Shown: positions 46,428 through 56,336 of the stretch, piece after piece | Layout: every line of letters begins with the position of its first letter | How positions within the stretch are numbered: the stretch's first letter is position 1 | Notes under the pieces: model-generated | Told to the model about the DNA's origin: nothing | Database searches by the model: none | The model's input: only the letters and a program-made list of their open reading frames with translations | From: Dehalococcoidia bacterium | GTDB taxonomy: Bacteria; Chloroflexota; Dehalococcoidia; Lucifugimonadales; UBA3495 | DNA length: 64,000 bases | Reading direction: 5' to 3' | NCBI GenBank assembly: GCA_021295965.1 | Contig: JAGWBI010000001.1 | Span: forward strand, 11,420-75,419 | Translations under genes and position numbers: made by a program

Positions 46428-47239
46428 ACCGTTGGGTTTACTATGCCGGGCACGTCGGGGATGTCAAGGCGCAGCAGCCGGCTCAAGTTGCCTGTGGTGA
46501 CTTCCGCCACTTCTTCCACCGAGATACCCTTGACCGTCGCCAGGCACAGGGCCACGTCGGCCAGGTGGCGTGGCTCAGTCCAGTTGTGTCGGTATTTCTT
46601 GAAGGGTTGCGGATAGGCGTCGGTTTCCAGGACGATGTTTTCCAGCGGGATGTCCCGCGCCACCTCCCGCAGTTCCGGCAGCCGGGTCAGCGGACGGGCC
46701 AGAGAGATGAAAAAGCCGCATTCGATGGCCTCACGCGCCGTTTCCGCGTCGCCCTGGAAATAGTGCATCGCTCCGCCCACCAGCCCGGCGTTTTCCTCCC
46801 GCAACACCTTGAACACCGCCGGGTGGGACTCGCGGGAGTGAAAGATTATGGGAAGGCCCAAGCTCTTGGCCAGGTGGATGTGTTCGCGGAACACCTGGTC
46901 TTGCACCTCGTGGTCGGGCGACGTCGGCAGGTAGTCCAACCCCACCTCGGAGATGCAGACGACGCGGGGGTTGTCGCGGGCCAGGGTCTCCAGTCGGGCG
47001 TAGGTATCGTCATTCACCGGGTGGTCGGCCTGCATTGGGTGGATGCCAACGCCGGCGTAAAACATGGGATGTTCGTCGGCCAGAGCGATGCACCGCTCGG
47101 TGGACTCGATGGTGGTCCCGGCCAGCAGGATGTAGCCCACGCCGGCCTCCCTGGATCTTTCCAGTATGCCCGGTATTTCATCGGGGGCATACTGATCCAG
47201 GTGGGTATGGGCGTCGCAATAGACGGGAGATGCGGGCAT
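46424..47239 (-). CDS. tatD: TatD family metal-dependent hydrolase
   Basis: MPASPVYCDAHTHLDQY... Start is 47239, 47266 or 47341. HxH, and later the H/E/D ligands in TatD order. Confidence 0.8.
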   Translation of the reverse strand: MPASPVYCDAHTHLDQYAPDEIPGILERSREAGVGYILLAGTTIESTERCIALADEHPMFYAGVGIHPMQADHPVNDDTYARLETLARDNPRVVCISEVGLDYLPTSPDHEVQDQVFREHIHLAKSLGLPIIFHSRESHPAVFKVLREENAGLVGGAMHYFQGDAETAREAIECGFFISLARPLTRLPELREVARDIPLENIVLETDAYPQPFKKYRHNWTEPRHLADVALCLATVKGISVEEVAEVTTGNLSRLLRLDIPDVPGIVNPTV

Positions 47240-47351
47240 CCGGAGGACCTCCGCGGAGAGTGCCATGGTGGTAAATGATGTCGGGCCAAGTATAGCATTG
47301 CCAGGGCCCGGTTGCGCTTTAGTATGAGCGAAGTGCATCAAGTCCGGCCCG

Positions 47352-49454
47352 CTAATCCGGGTTCCCGGCGTCCACGTTCAGCAGATAGACGCCTTTGGCG
47401 CGGGGCAGCAGTGAGCTTTCATAGTTCAGGTGGGTTTCTACCGCTACTCTAATCCGGCCGTCGGATAGGGTTTGCATGGCGAAAGGCACCGGGTTCCATC
47501 CCACCATCTGCAACAGGCGCTCTTTGCTCTCGATGACGGTTTCCAGACCCTCGCCCTTCAGCCGGATGACGTTGGCCGTCATTGCGAAGTCGTCGGCCAC
47601 CTCTTTGCCGGTGACGAATATGGCCCGGGATTCCGCCGACTCCGGCGAGTCATTGTCGCCGGCCAGAGAAATCCAGCTAAGCATATGGTCCCATTCAACG
47701 ATGCGGATGAAACTGTCCGGGTTGGAGTGGAACCCCGCCTCCAACGCCGCCACCCACAGCCCGCCGCCTTCGTCCTTGAATCCGTACAGCGTGTTGTTGA
47801 GATAGCGACCGTCGGCGCTCACCGCCGCCGAAGCGCCGTAAAGACCCGCTTCCGGCGCGTTGGGGAATTGGGAAAGCGGGTATTCCACCAGTTGGTACTC
47901 TTCGGGATTCTCGGTGTTGACGATATAGACCGACTGCCACCGTGGGTCTGCGGGCCGGTCCCCCTCGGCCGCCGGCCATCCTTCGGTGCTGATTATCCAC
48001 CGACGGTCATCCCAAGGCACGGGCAGGGCCATCAGCATTGCGCCGGGCGCAGTATAAACCTCTTCCCCGGCGCCGTCCTCCGAAAGACTGATGATTTTAT
48101 AGCGTTGTTTCTTATCCGGCTCCAAAGACCGGCGCAGGATTAGATAGTAGCGGTCTTCGGAATCGTCCAGCGATTGGTAACTTCTGGCCCCGCCGGCGTT
48201 ATCGCATTCGCCAATCCAAGGCGCGTCGAGTTCCCGGAGCAGTTCCCCCAGCCACTGGCTGTCCATTCCGAAATACCGGGTATCGTCGCCGGCTCCCCGT
48301 CGGATCAGGTTGGCATACCGTTGGCCGAAGTGCGGTGTCCCTCCCGATGAATCGCCCGGTTCGTCGCCGCCGGGTTCGTCGCTGACGGTAAAGTGGAAGC
48401 CCAGGGAGTTCAGCAGTTCTCGGTATGGCCCGTAGCCAAGGCTTTCCTGGTACAAATCGCACTGCTTGCGAGCGAGGTGCGGCGGCGGGTAACGCTGGTC
48501 GTCGAAGGACAGTGTCAGGATTTCCGACTCGTACTCCTGGGCCAGTTGGGAGGTCGGAACGCTCAACGCCCGCGGATTCACGTGAAAATGGGTGGGCGCC
48601 GCGATTTCCACCGGCCGGCTGCTTTTCCACTCCGGGGGCGTCCCATGGGTAATTACCAGGAATGAGCCATCGTGGAACAGCTCGGCGATAATCCCACTGG
48701 CCTCCCGCCCGCGCTGGTACTCAAAATCGATGCTATGAAACAGCGACGGGTCGAAGCTGTCGGCCTGAATCTTCCAGTCCACGTCCGGTGCAACTACCAC
48801 GCCCATGGCCTCCAGCCGGAAAATCTTGTGCACCGGATGCTCACCGATTTGCTCCGACTCCAGCGCCAGCAAGTCCAGATACCTGGCCTCGCCGTCATCA
48901 TCCAGCTTTATCTTTATGCTGCCCTGGTACTCCAGTATCAACTCCGGTTCCCCGCCGGCCGCAACCGGGTTGCCGTCGGCGTCCTGGGCGAGGAAGTAGG
49001 GTTTGATGAGGTCGGAGAACGCGACCGAAACGTCGTACTCGGGCCGGGATAAAACCTGCTCCCGGCCGGGGCCGGCGGCCGGCTGTTCCGACCCTGCCGG
49101 GGTCGCCGTTGGATTGGGGTCAGCCGGCCTGGGCCTGGCGGTCGGCGGAGGGCGAGGGGTATAGGTAGGTTGTACCGGCCTCGCCGGGGTTGCTGTCGCG
49201 TTGGGAGCGGCCGGCTTGGACTCGGCAGTCGGCGGCGCAGTAGGAGTGTAGGTGGGTTGTTCCGGTTCCGCCGGGGTCGCCGTCGTGCTGGGGCTGGCCG
49301 GCTCGGCCCTGGTGGCCGGCGGTGGAGCGGTAAGGGGCGTTGGCGCAGCTCTGGGAAGAGAATCCTCGCCGGTGCAGGCGGCCAGTCCTAACAGAAGCAG
49401 CAAGATAAAGGCCGGCAGCGCCCACCACTTTCTGAATGTAATACCCATTCGCAT
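47352..49454 (-). CDS. Hypothetical lipoprotein with Pro/Thr-rich repeat linker
   Basis: Signal peptide plus lipobox LLGLAAC, then repeats of about 29 aa, then about 560 aa of unrecognised sequence. Confidence 0.6.
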   Translation of the reverse strand: MRMGITFRKWWALPAFILLLLLGLAACTGEDSLPRAAPTPLTAPPPATRAEPASPSTTATPAEPEQPTYTPTAPPTAESKPAAPNATATPARPVQPTYTPRPPPTARPRPADPNPTATPAGSEQPAAGPGREQVLSRPEYDVSVAFSDLIKPYFLAQDADGNPVAAGGEPELILEYQGSIKIKLDDDGEARYLDLLALESEQIGEHPVHKIFRLEAMGVVVAPDVDWKIQADSFDPSLFHSIDFEYQRGREASGIIAELFHDGSFLVITHGTPPEWKSSRPVEIAAPTHFHVNPRALSVPTSQLAQEYESEILTLSFDDQRYPPPHLARKQCDLYQESLGYGPYRELLNSLGFHFTVSDEPGGDEPGDSSGGTPHFGQRYANLIRRGAGDDTRYFGMDSQWLGELLRELDAPWIGECDNAGGARSYQSLDDSEDRYYLILRRSLEPDKKQRYKIISLSEDGAGEEVYTAPGAMLMALPVPWDDRRWIISTEGWPAAEGDRPADPRWQSVYIVNTENPEEYQLVEYPLSQFPNAPEAGLYGASAAVSADGRYLNNTLYGFKDEGGGLWVAALEAGFHSNPDSFIRIVEWDHMLSWISLAGDNDSPESAESRAIFVTGKEVADDFAMTANVIRLKGEGLETVIESKERLLQMVGWNPVPFAMQTLSDGRIRVAVETHLNYESSLLPRAKGVYLLNVDAGNPD
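49068..49328. repeat. Imperfect tandem repeat (about 87 nt, about 2.5-3 units) inside the lipoprotein gene
   Basis: Protein units TATPAEPEQPTYTPTAPPTAESKPAAPN / ATATPARPVQPTYTPRPPPTARPRPADPN / PTATPAGSEQPAAGP. The DNA units are visibly similar. Confidence 0.55.
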
Positions 49455-49462
49455 TTTACCGG

Positions 49463-49640
49463 TCAGGCTGCTCCGTAGGCCGCTTCTTTCATCGCGCCGG
49501 CCAGCAGGCCGTAGGTCTCTGTCCAGGCCGCTTCCACTGCCGGCGCGAAATCGCCGCCCAGCCCATCAACGGAGGCGGCTTCGGCGATGGGCGCTACTTT
49601 GGCGAAAGACTTCGTGAACGAGTGTGCGAGTGACGAAATT
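49463..49640 (-). pseudogene. Possible 5'-truncated globin (Hmp/Vgb-type) gene remnant
   Basis: My own translation gives SLAHSFTKSFAKVAPIAEAASVDGLGGDFAPAVEAAWTETYGLLAGAMKEAAYGAA*. The tail parallels E. coli Hmp ...[23 protein letters not shown] (from memory). No start codon, and the frame abuts the stop of the VOC gene. Confidence 0.35.
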
Positions 49641-49643
49641 ACC

Positions 49644-50063
49644 CTACTCCTCCATCAGGCCGGACCCGTCCCGCTGCAGTATCTCAATACGCACGTCGTC
49701 GGGGCCGCGCACGAAGGCGATGCGCACGCCGGGTCGGATGGTGCGTGGCTCCGTGTAGATCTCCGCGCCTTTGCTCCGCAGGTCCTCCACCGCGCCGTCA
49801 ATGTCGTCCACCCGAAAGCCGAAATGGTCCAGTCCCAGGTGCGGGTCGCGTGGGCTGGCATCTATGTGTTCCTCCGGCGGCACGGTGGCGATGAAGATGG
49901 CCAGGCCGTTCACGTCCAGATCGACCCGGGGCGCGCCGTCGCTCTGGATCAGACGCAGCACCTTGGCGCCGAACATGGTCTCAAAGAAACCGGCCATGCC
50001 CTCCGGATCCTTGGTGCGGACGTGGATGTGGTCATAGGTGTACGTATAGACAGGCGTTGTCAT
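49644..50063 (-). CDS. VOC (glyoxalase/dioxygenase) family protein
   Basis: YDHIHVRTKDPEGMAGFFETMFG...LDHFGFRVDDIDGAVEDL. Confidence 0.7.
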   Translation of the reverse strand: MTTPVYTYTYDHIHVRTKDPEGMAGFFETMFGAKVLRLIQSDGAPRVDLDVNGLAIFIATVPPEEHIDASPRDPHLGLDHFGFRVDDIDGAVEDLRSKGAEIYTEPRTIRPGVRIAFVRGPDDVRIEILQRDGSGLMEE

Positions 50064-50168
50064 GTGCGTTCGCTCCTTGATTGCGTTTGCGCGTCAATCG
50101 TACTACACCGAACCAATCGTGTGTCGAAGGGCGGCGTGTCCGTATCCACCGAGCGTTGACGTCCGGGA

Positions 50169-50196
50169 TTGACACCGTAACCCGTCGCACTAGAAT
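50169..50196 (+). promoter_or_regulatory. Sigma-70-like promoter (TTGACA-16 nt-TAGAAT)
   Basis: Read directly. It lies 31 nt upstream of the GTG start at 50227, which has a GGGAGG RBS. Confidence 0.4.
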
Positions 50197-50226
50197 GGCC
50201 CAAACCCAAATGTCGGGAGGTCGGTT

Positions 50227-51531
50227 GTGGCAGACAATTATACGGAAGAGGAACTGCTGGAACTGGCGCGCAAGTACAGCTTTCGCAGCCGCATGGACCG
50301 CAACAGCGTCACCGGGCCCATCTTCGTATGGGGTCGTGGCTCCGTGGTGCGCGACGTCAACGGCAAGGAGTACCTGGATTTCAACTCCGGCCAGATGTGC
50401 GCCGCCCTGGGCCACAACCACCCCCGCATCGTGCAGGCTCTCCAGGAAAGCGCCGAGTCGCTGATCCACAGCCACATGACCATTTTCAACGACCGGGAGA
50501 TCATCCTGGCCAGCCGACTGGCTGAGATCACGCCGGGCGGCATGAACCGGAGTATGTTCCTCGGCTCAGGCAGCGATTCCAACGAGGCCGCAATGGCCAT
50601 CGCCAAACGCTACACCGGCGGGTACGAGGTCGCCAGCCCGGTGGTCAGCTTTCACGGCATGAGCGACGCCGCCCGAGCCGTCACCTATTCGGGATGGCAC
50701 CAGGGCTACGGGCCGTTCGCGCCGGGGAACTACCCGATCATGGCGCCATATCGTTATCGGTGCAATTTCTGTAAGGATCTACCGGCCTGCGACTACACGT
50801 GCCTGGACTCCAGCTTCGAGTTGCTGGACGCCCAGGCTGACCGCCGCATAGCGGCGGTCATCACTGAGCCGCTGTTCAGCGCCGGCGGGGTGATTGAACC
50901 GCCTCCAGGATGGCTCCAGGAGTTGAAACTGCGCTGCGAGCGGCGCGGCATGCTGCTGATCCTTGACGAGGCGCAGACCGGGCTGGCCAAGCTGGGGTCC
51001 ATGTGGGCCTCCGAGCAAGAGGAAGTGGTGCCGGACATCTTCACAATTTCCAAGCACTTCGGTGGGGGTATTGCCATCAGCGCGGTCATCACCACCGACG
51101 AAATCGAGGAGAAAGCCGTTGAAACCGGGCTCGTCGTCGCCCATTCTCATTCCAACGACCCTCTAACCTGCAACGCTGCCATCGCCAGCCTGGACATCAT
51201 CATCGAAGAGAACCTGGTGGACGTGGCGGACCGCATAGGGCGGTACTGGCAGGGCCACCTGCGCCGGCTGCAGGAGCGGCACGAGTTGATCGGCGATGTG
51301 CGCGGGCGGGGCTTATTGCAGGGGATCGAGTTCGTCACCGACCGCGAAACCCGGCAACCCGCCTACAGCCAGGGCCAGCAGATCGGGCGAACCCTGCTGG
51401 AAAACGGCCTTATCGTCAGCATCCGCCGGAGCGGGTCAGTGCTGCGATTCGTCCCGCCATTCACGACAACCGAAGACCAGATGGACCTGGCCGCTGACAT
51501 CCTGGATCACGCCATCGCATCGGTCTCATAG
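50227..51531 (+). CDS. Class-III (omega) aminotransferase, PLP-dependent
   Basis: GSGSDSNEAAMAIAKRY, LILDEAQTGLAKLG, and FTISKHFGGG (PLP Lys). Confidence 0.85.
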   Translation: MADNYTEEELLELARKYSFRSRMDRNSVTGPIFVWGRGSVVRDVNGKEYLDFNSGQMCAALGHNHPRIVQALQESAESLIHSHMTIFNDREIILASRLAEITPGGMNRSMFLGSGSDSNEAAMAIAKRYTGGYEVASPVVSFHGMSDAARAVTYSGWHQGYGPFAPGNYPIMAPYRYRCNFCKDLPACDYTCLDSSFELLDAQADRRIAAVITEPLFSAGGVIEPPPGWLQELKLRCERRGMLLILDEAQTGLAKLGSMWASEQEEVVPDIFTISKHFGGGIAISAVITTDEIEEKAVETGLVVAHSHSNDPLTCNAAIASLDIIIEENLVDVADRIGRYWQGHLRRLQERHELIGDVRGRGLLQGIEFVTDRETRQPAYSQGQQIGRTLLENGLIVSIRRSGSVLRFVPPFTTTEDQMDLAADILDHAIASVS

Positions 51532-51543
51532 GTATGACCCACC

Positions 51544-52173
51544 TCACCGCTCCCAGGCCCGCACGGCGCCGCTGATGTGGGATGTGTCGTTGTACAGGTG
51601 CATAACGGCGTTGTCCGGGTAGGTGTAGATGACGGTCAGGGAGCAGTTGTGCATGGCGAATTTCCAGTTGGCCTCCAGTGGCAGTTCCAGCAGGGAAACC
51701 AACCCGGCGCGCAGGCTGCCACCGTGTCCCACGATCAACACGTTCTCTTCCATATGGGCGTTTTTCACCCGCTGAACGATTCGGTCCAGGCGGGCACTGG
51801 TATCGCGAATGGTTTCGCCGTTGGGCGGAGCAAAGTCCAGGTCGTTAGCCATGGACGGCCCATAGAGTTCGGGGTAGGCTTCCCGATACTCCGCCTCAGT
51901 CAATCCCTCGAACACGCCCTTGTTGTACTCCCGCAATTCCTCGGTGAAGGTTACCGGAATGTCGCGCTCACCCAGGGCGACGCGGGCGGTCTCGGCGGCG
52001 CGGGCAAGGTCCGACGAGTACGCCGCGTCAATGCGTATCGTTGAAAGGCGCCGCGCCAGCATCTGCGCCTGCTCCCGCCCCCGTTCCGACAGCGGCACGT
52101 CGGTGTGCCCCTGGATGCGGCCCTCAGCGTTCCACTCGGTTTCGCCGTGCCTTGTTATGTAAATGACGCCCAT
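51544..52173 (-). CDS. cobC: Histidine phosphatase family protein, probable alpha-ribazole phosphatase
   Basis: IYITRHGETEWNAEGRIQGHTDVPLSERG (RHG motif). The CobC role is inferred from its position at the end of the cob operon. Confidence 0.6.
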   Translation of the reverse strand: MGVIYITRHGETEWNAEGRIQGHTDVPLSERGREQAQMLARRLSTIRIDAAYSSDLARAAETARVALGERDIPVTFTEELREYNKGVFEGLTEAEYREAYPELYGPSMANDLDFAPPNGETIRDTSARLDRIVQRVKNAHMEENVLIVGHGGSLRAGLVSLLELPLEANWKFAMHNCSLTVIYTYPDNAVMHLYNDTSHISGAVRAWER

Positions 52174-52191
52174 ATCGCTCCCCTGCTACTG

Positions 52192-53382
52192 CTAGTCGGG
52201 TCTAACGCTCCACTCTTCGGCGATGGCGTCGGTCAGCCTGATACAGTCGGCCACGGGGCGCAGGCCGATGCGGATACAGTCCGGCAGCCCGAACGAAGTG
52301 CAATCGCGCACAAACAACCCCCTTCGGGCCAATTGGTCACGCAATCCTCCCGCTTCGCCGACCTGCGCCAGCACAAAATTCGCCTCGGTCGGGTAGCAGC
52401 GTATGCCCGTGGCCTCAAGCCGCTCGACGACGCACTCACGGGAAGCCCCCACCGCCGCCCGCGCTCGCTCAAGATAACCGTCAGCGGCCAGCGCAACGAC
52501 GCCAGCTGCCTGCGCCAGCCCGTTTACGCTCCAGTCCGGTTGCAGGGCAGCCAAACGTTCAATTACCGGCGCGGAAGCGACGGCGTAACCCAACCGCAGT
52601 CCGGTAAGGGCGTAGTCCTTGGTCATGGAGCGCAGCGTCACGACCGAGCCGTGCTGAGCGGCCAGTGCCACAATATCCGCCTCACCTCGACGCTCCGACA
52701 GATTGATATATGCCTCGTCAACCACCAGCAACCCCGCTACACCGGCCATGGCATCGGCCAAACGTTCCAGTTCCTGCCGACCGAGCAACACGCCTGTGGG
52801 GTTGTTGGGATTGCAGACGAAGGTCAACGCCGGTTTCTCCCGGGCTACGAGTTCGGCTGCCGCGCCCATGTCCCATGCGAAACCGCTGCTTACCCGATTG
52901 GCGATTAGGGTTTGTACTTTCCCGCCTGAGATTCGCACGGCGCCATCATACTCACCGTAGGTTGGCGTGAGCAAAAGCGCGGCCTTGGACCCCGCGCCCG
53001 GCGTCTGTTCGATGTAGGCGCGAGTCAGCAAGTGGATGATTTCCGTGGAGCCATTGCCGACGATAACGTTTCCATCAGTCACGCCGTCAACCGCATGATG
53101 ACCGGCGATAGCCTCGCTGAGCGCCAGGCAATGCGGGTCCGGATAGGCGGTCAGGTCAACGGCGGCGATGGCCTCCGCGACTCCGGCCGGCGGCCCCAGG
53201 GGACTCACGCTGGCGGAGAAGTCCAAGCAATCCTCCGGGCGCAAGCCGAGCGCGCGCAGTTCCTCTTCTTTGATGCCACCATGGACGGGGCGGACCGGGG
53301 GTCCTGGGTTGGGCAATGCTCGGTCCATTTCAGATCCGGTATAGATCACAGGCGCTGTTAGGCGCAGGTCACGCGCAAACAT
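52192..53382 (-). CDS. cobD: L-threonine-O-3-phosphate decarboxylase (class I/II aminotransferase fold)
   Basis: HGGIKEEELRALGLRPEDCLDFSASVSPLGPP N-terminus, SMTKDYALTGLRLGY PLP-Lys region, and cob operon context. Alternative start at 53328. Confidence 0.7.
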   Translation of the reverse strand: MFARDLRLTAPVIYTGSEMDRALPNPGPPVRPVHGGIKEEELRALGLRPEDCLDFSASVSPLGPPAGVAEAIAAVDLTAYPDPHCLALSEAIAGHHAVDGVTDGNVIVGNGSTEIIHLLTRAYIEQTPGAGSKAALLLTPTYGEYDGAVRISGGKVQTLIANRVSSGFAWDMGAAAELVAREKPALTFVCNPNNPTGVLLGRQELERLADAMAGVAGLLVVDEAYINLSERRGEADIVALAAQHGSVVTLRSMTKDYALTGLRLGYAVASAPVIERLAALQPDWSVNGLAQAAGVVALAADGYLERARAAVGASRECVVERLEATGIRCYPTEANFVLAQVGEAGGLRDQLARRGLFVRDCTSFGLPDCIRIGLRPVADCIRLTDAIAEEWSVRPD

Positions 53383-53388
53383 TCTACA

Positions 53389-54369
53389 CTACGCCCAAAG
53401 TACCCACCGCAGCCAGAGGATGCCCACGGCCGCCGCTGCCGTCAACCCGGTGGTCGCATAGAGGGCGCGGTTGGCCCGCCCAATGTGGTGGGCTTCCGGT
53501 TCGGGCGCCGGGTCGCCCAGGCGATAGTGTCCGACCTTTTCCAGCGTCACGCCCAGCCCTCCGGCCATTGCCGCCATGGTCCACCCGGCGTTGGGGGATT
53601 CCGTCCGGCTCCGGTGCGCCAGCATGATCCGCCACGAACGCCCGGCGGACATGCCCGGCATCGCCACCGTGGTCAGCCAGAGCAGCAGCGCCGCCAAGCG
53701 GGCGGGAATCAGGTTGATGAGGTCATCGAGGCGGGCCGAAGCCTTGCCCAGGTATTCGTACCGACCGTGATAACCGACCATGCTGTCCAGCGTGTTAACG
53801 GCCCGGTAGGCCGCCGCTCCAGGCAAGCCGAACAGGGCGAAGGCCAGCAGCGGCCCGACGATGCTGTCGGTGATGTTTTCCGCAACCGATTCAATCGCGC
53901 CGGCCGCCATCTGCCCGCCGGTCAGTTCAGAGGTGTCGCGGCTGACCAGTGCCGACATCTGCCGCCGCGCCTCGACGATGTCGCCGGCCATCAGTATTCT
54001 GCCGATGTCGCCGGCGACGACTTGCAGCGTCCGCACCGAAAAAGTGGTTTTCAGCAGTACCGCAACCACCAGCAGGTACGCCAACGGGTGCAGTTGCAGC
54101 AATCCTATGGTGATCGCCCATGCCGCCGCACCCCAAGCTGCGGGTATCAAAAGGGCCATCGCCGTCCCATAGGTCAACTGCGCCGCCGGCAAGGATCGCT
54201 GCCCCGGCGCAATACGTTCGGCGAGGGAAACGGTCTTGCCCATCCAAACCGTGGGATGCAGACGGTTCGGCGGCTCGCCCAGCGCCAAGTCCAGCAGCAG
54301 CGCCAGCAACAGCGCCAGCACGTCCAGAGGGACCGGCAAGCCGTTCATCGCAGCGGCTAGGGTGTCCAT
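53389..54369 (-). CDS. cbiB: Adenosylcobinamide-phosphate synthase
   Basis: LDLALGEPPNRLHPTVWMGK and multi-TM CbiB pattern. Confidence 0.85.
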   Translation of the reverse strand: MDTLAAAMNGLPVPLDVLALLLALLLDLALGEPPNRLHPTVWMGKTVSLAERIAPGQRSLPAAQLTYGTAMALLIPAAWGAAAWAITIGLLQLHPLAYLLVVAVLLKTTFSVRTLQVVAGDIGRILMAGDIVEARRQMSALVSRDTSELTGGQMAAGAIESVAENITDSIVGPLLAFALFGLPGAAAYRAVNTLDSMVGYHGRYEYLGKASARLDDLINLIPARLAALLLWLTTVAMPGMSAGRSWRIMLAHRSRTESPNAGWTMAAMAGGLGVTLEKVGHYRLGDPAPEPEAHHIGRANRALYATTGLTAAAAVGILWLRWVLWA

Positions 54370-55199
54370 CCGGCCAGCCAGGGGAATCCGATCGCCATTC
54401 CGCCGCCGTAGCCAACCTGGGCAATCGGCGAGCCAACCAGCGGAACCAGCAGCACCAGAGAGAATGCCTCAATGATTTCATTGGCAGCCCCGTAGCAATC
54501 GCCCGTCAGCCCGCCGCCCAGCCGCCGCGTGGTCCAGAACCCCAGCAGCAGGGCCAACGCGGATGCAGCCACCAGCACTATCAGGCCGGACGCTCCCAAA
54601 AGGAGCCACGCCGCCGCCGCCACGGTAAAAAAGGCCCAACCCGTTGCCAGCCATGGCCGCTGTCCCGCCGCAAATGCTGAGCCGATTCCCTCTTGGCGGC
54701 CGTAGGGGTACACCGTCAGCAGCAGCGTCATGGTCCAACGGGATACCATGGGGGACAGCAGCAGCGCGCTCAATCCGGCGCTGCTAATGAGCAAATCCGA
54801 ACTGATCGCACCGCATTTGACGAGCAGCACGCAGGCCCCGCCGGCCACGGCAAAAGACCCGACGCGAGAATCCCGCATTATCTCCAACCGCCGCTCTACC
54901 GAGCGCCCGCCCCACATGGCGTCGCAAAAATCCATCAGGCCGTCCAGGTGCAGAAAGCGGTTGAGCAAAGCAAGCGCAGTTACCGCCAACGCCGCCGTCA
55001 AAAACCACCACGGTTCGAAGCCCAGCGCAAACAGCGCCACCACCAGGATTATGAGGATCAGCCCGTAGAGCAGCCCCACGAGGGGATACCACCCTCTGGA
55101 ACGGGATATTTCGGTGTCCGTCGGGTCCGCCACACCGACGGGCAGCACGGTGAGGAAAGACAACGCCACCAGGAGCGGGGCGTAAATTGCCCGTATCAC
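54357..55199 (-). CDS. cobS: Adenosylcobinamide-GDP ribazoletransferase (cobalamin synthase)
   Basis: LSFLTVLPV, LHLDGLMDFCD. Confidence 0.85.
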   Translation of the reverse strand: MIRAIYAPLLVALSFLTVLPVGVADPTDTEISRSRGWYPLVGLLYGLILIILVVALFALGFEPWWFLTAALAVTALALLNRFLHLDGLMDFCDAMWGGRSVERRLEIMRDSRVGSFAVAGGACVLLVKCGAISSDLLISSAGLSALLLSPMVSRWTMTLLLTVYPYGRQEGIGSAFAAGQRPWLATGWAFFTVAAAAWLLLGASGLIVLVAASALALLLGFWTTRRLGGGLTGDCYGAANEIIEAFSLVLLVPLVGSPIAQVGYGGGMAIGFPWLAGWTP

Positions 55200-55215
55200 G
55201 GTGGCAGTAACAGGG

Positions 55216-56286
55216 CTAACCGTCGTCGCGGTCTGAGACGCCGGCCTCGGCGAAGGTAGCCATCTCTGCCAGGCACTTCGCCGCCGCTTCGACGATGTGC
55301 ATGGCCAAGGCCGCTCCGGTGCCCTCGCCCAGCCGCATCTCCATATCCAACAGCGGCGACAGTCCCATGGCCTGTAGGCCGACGTTGTGACCAGGTTCCA
55401 CGGAACGATGGGCCGCGATGTATCGCTGTGCGATGTTCGGACACAGTCGCCAGGCGATCAGAGCCGCCGCGCCACTGATGAACCCGTCCACCACAACGGC
55501 GCAGTTGCGCGCCGCAGCGCCCAGCATCACTCCGGCCAGGACACCGATTTCGTAACCACCGACCTTGGTTAGAACGTCAAGACCGTCATCCCCGTCGGGT
55601 TGGTTGACCTCCAGCGCGCGGCGGATGGTGGCGATTTTGCCCTCCAATCCCGCGTCGTCAACGCCGGTGCCCCGTCCCGTTACCGTCGCGACGTCGGCGC
55701 CGGTGATGGCAGCGGTGATGGCCGCAGACGGGGTGGTATTGCCGATGCCCATATCCCCGCCGGCGATCACATTGGCCCCGGCGTCGGCGCTTTCATTGGC
55801 GGCGATGATGCCGATCTCCAGGCAGCGGATGGCATCATCGCGGCTCATGGCCAGACCGACGGCGATATTGCCGGCTCCGTAGCCCACCTTGGCAATGGTG
55901 AGGCCCGGTTGGGGATTCAAGTCAACCGCCACGCCGGCGTCAATTACAGTGATGGCTGCTCCGGCATGGCGGGCCAACGCGTTGATGGCCGCGCCGCCGG
56001 CTAGAAAGTTGAACACCATTTGCGGCGTAACTTCGGCCGGGTATGCAGACACGCCTTCGGCGGCGACACCATGGTCGCCGGCGACCACTATGACCGCCTT
56101 GCCGCTTATCTGGGGGATAGGCTGTCCCAGGATGCCGGCCAACTGTATCGAAAGCGATTCCAATCGTCCCAGGCTGCCGGGCGGTTTGGTCAATACACCC
56201 TGTCGCGCTTCGGCGGCGGCGACGGCATCCGCATCCAACGGGCCGATGGCCGCAATGGTCCGGTCAACCAGTGGTGAAATTGCCAT
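55216..56286 (-). CDS. cobT: Nicotinate-nucleotide--dimethylbenzimidazole phosphoribosyltransferase
   Basis: LTKPPGSLGRLE, GDMGIGNTT, MRLGEGTGA. Confidence 0.85.
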   Translation of the reverse strand: MAISPLVDRTIAAIGPLDADAVAAAEARQGVLTKPPGSLGRLESLSIQLAGILGQPIPQISGKAVIVVAGDHGVAAEGVSAYPAEVTPQMVFNFLAGGAAINALARHAGAAITVIDAGVAVDLNPQPGLTIAKVGYGAGNIAVGLAMSRDDAIRCLEIGIIAANESADAGANVIAGGDMGIGNTTPSAAITAAITGADVATVTGRGTGVDDAGLEGKIATIRRALEVNQPDGDDGLDVLTKVGGYEIGVLAGVMLGAAARNCAVVVDGFISGAAALIAWRLCPNIAQRYIAAHRSVEPGHNVGLQAMGLSPLLDMEMRLGEGTGAALAMHIVEAAAKCLAEMATFAEAGVSDRDDG

Positions 56287-56336
56287 AATGATCCTTTGCG
56301 TCTCCGCGTCTCTGCGCCTTTGCGTTAATCCCCGTT

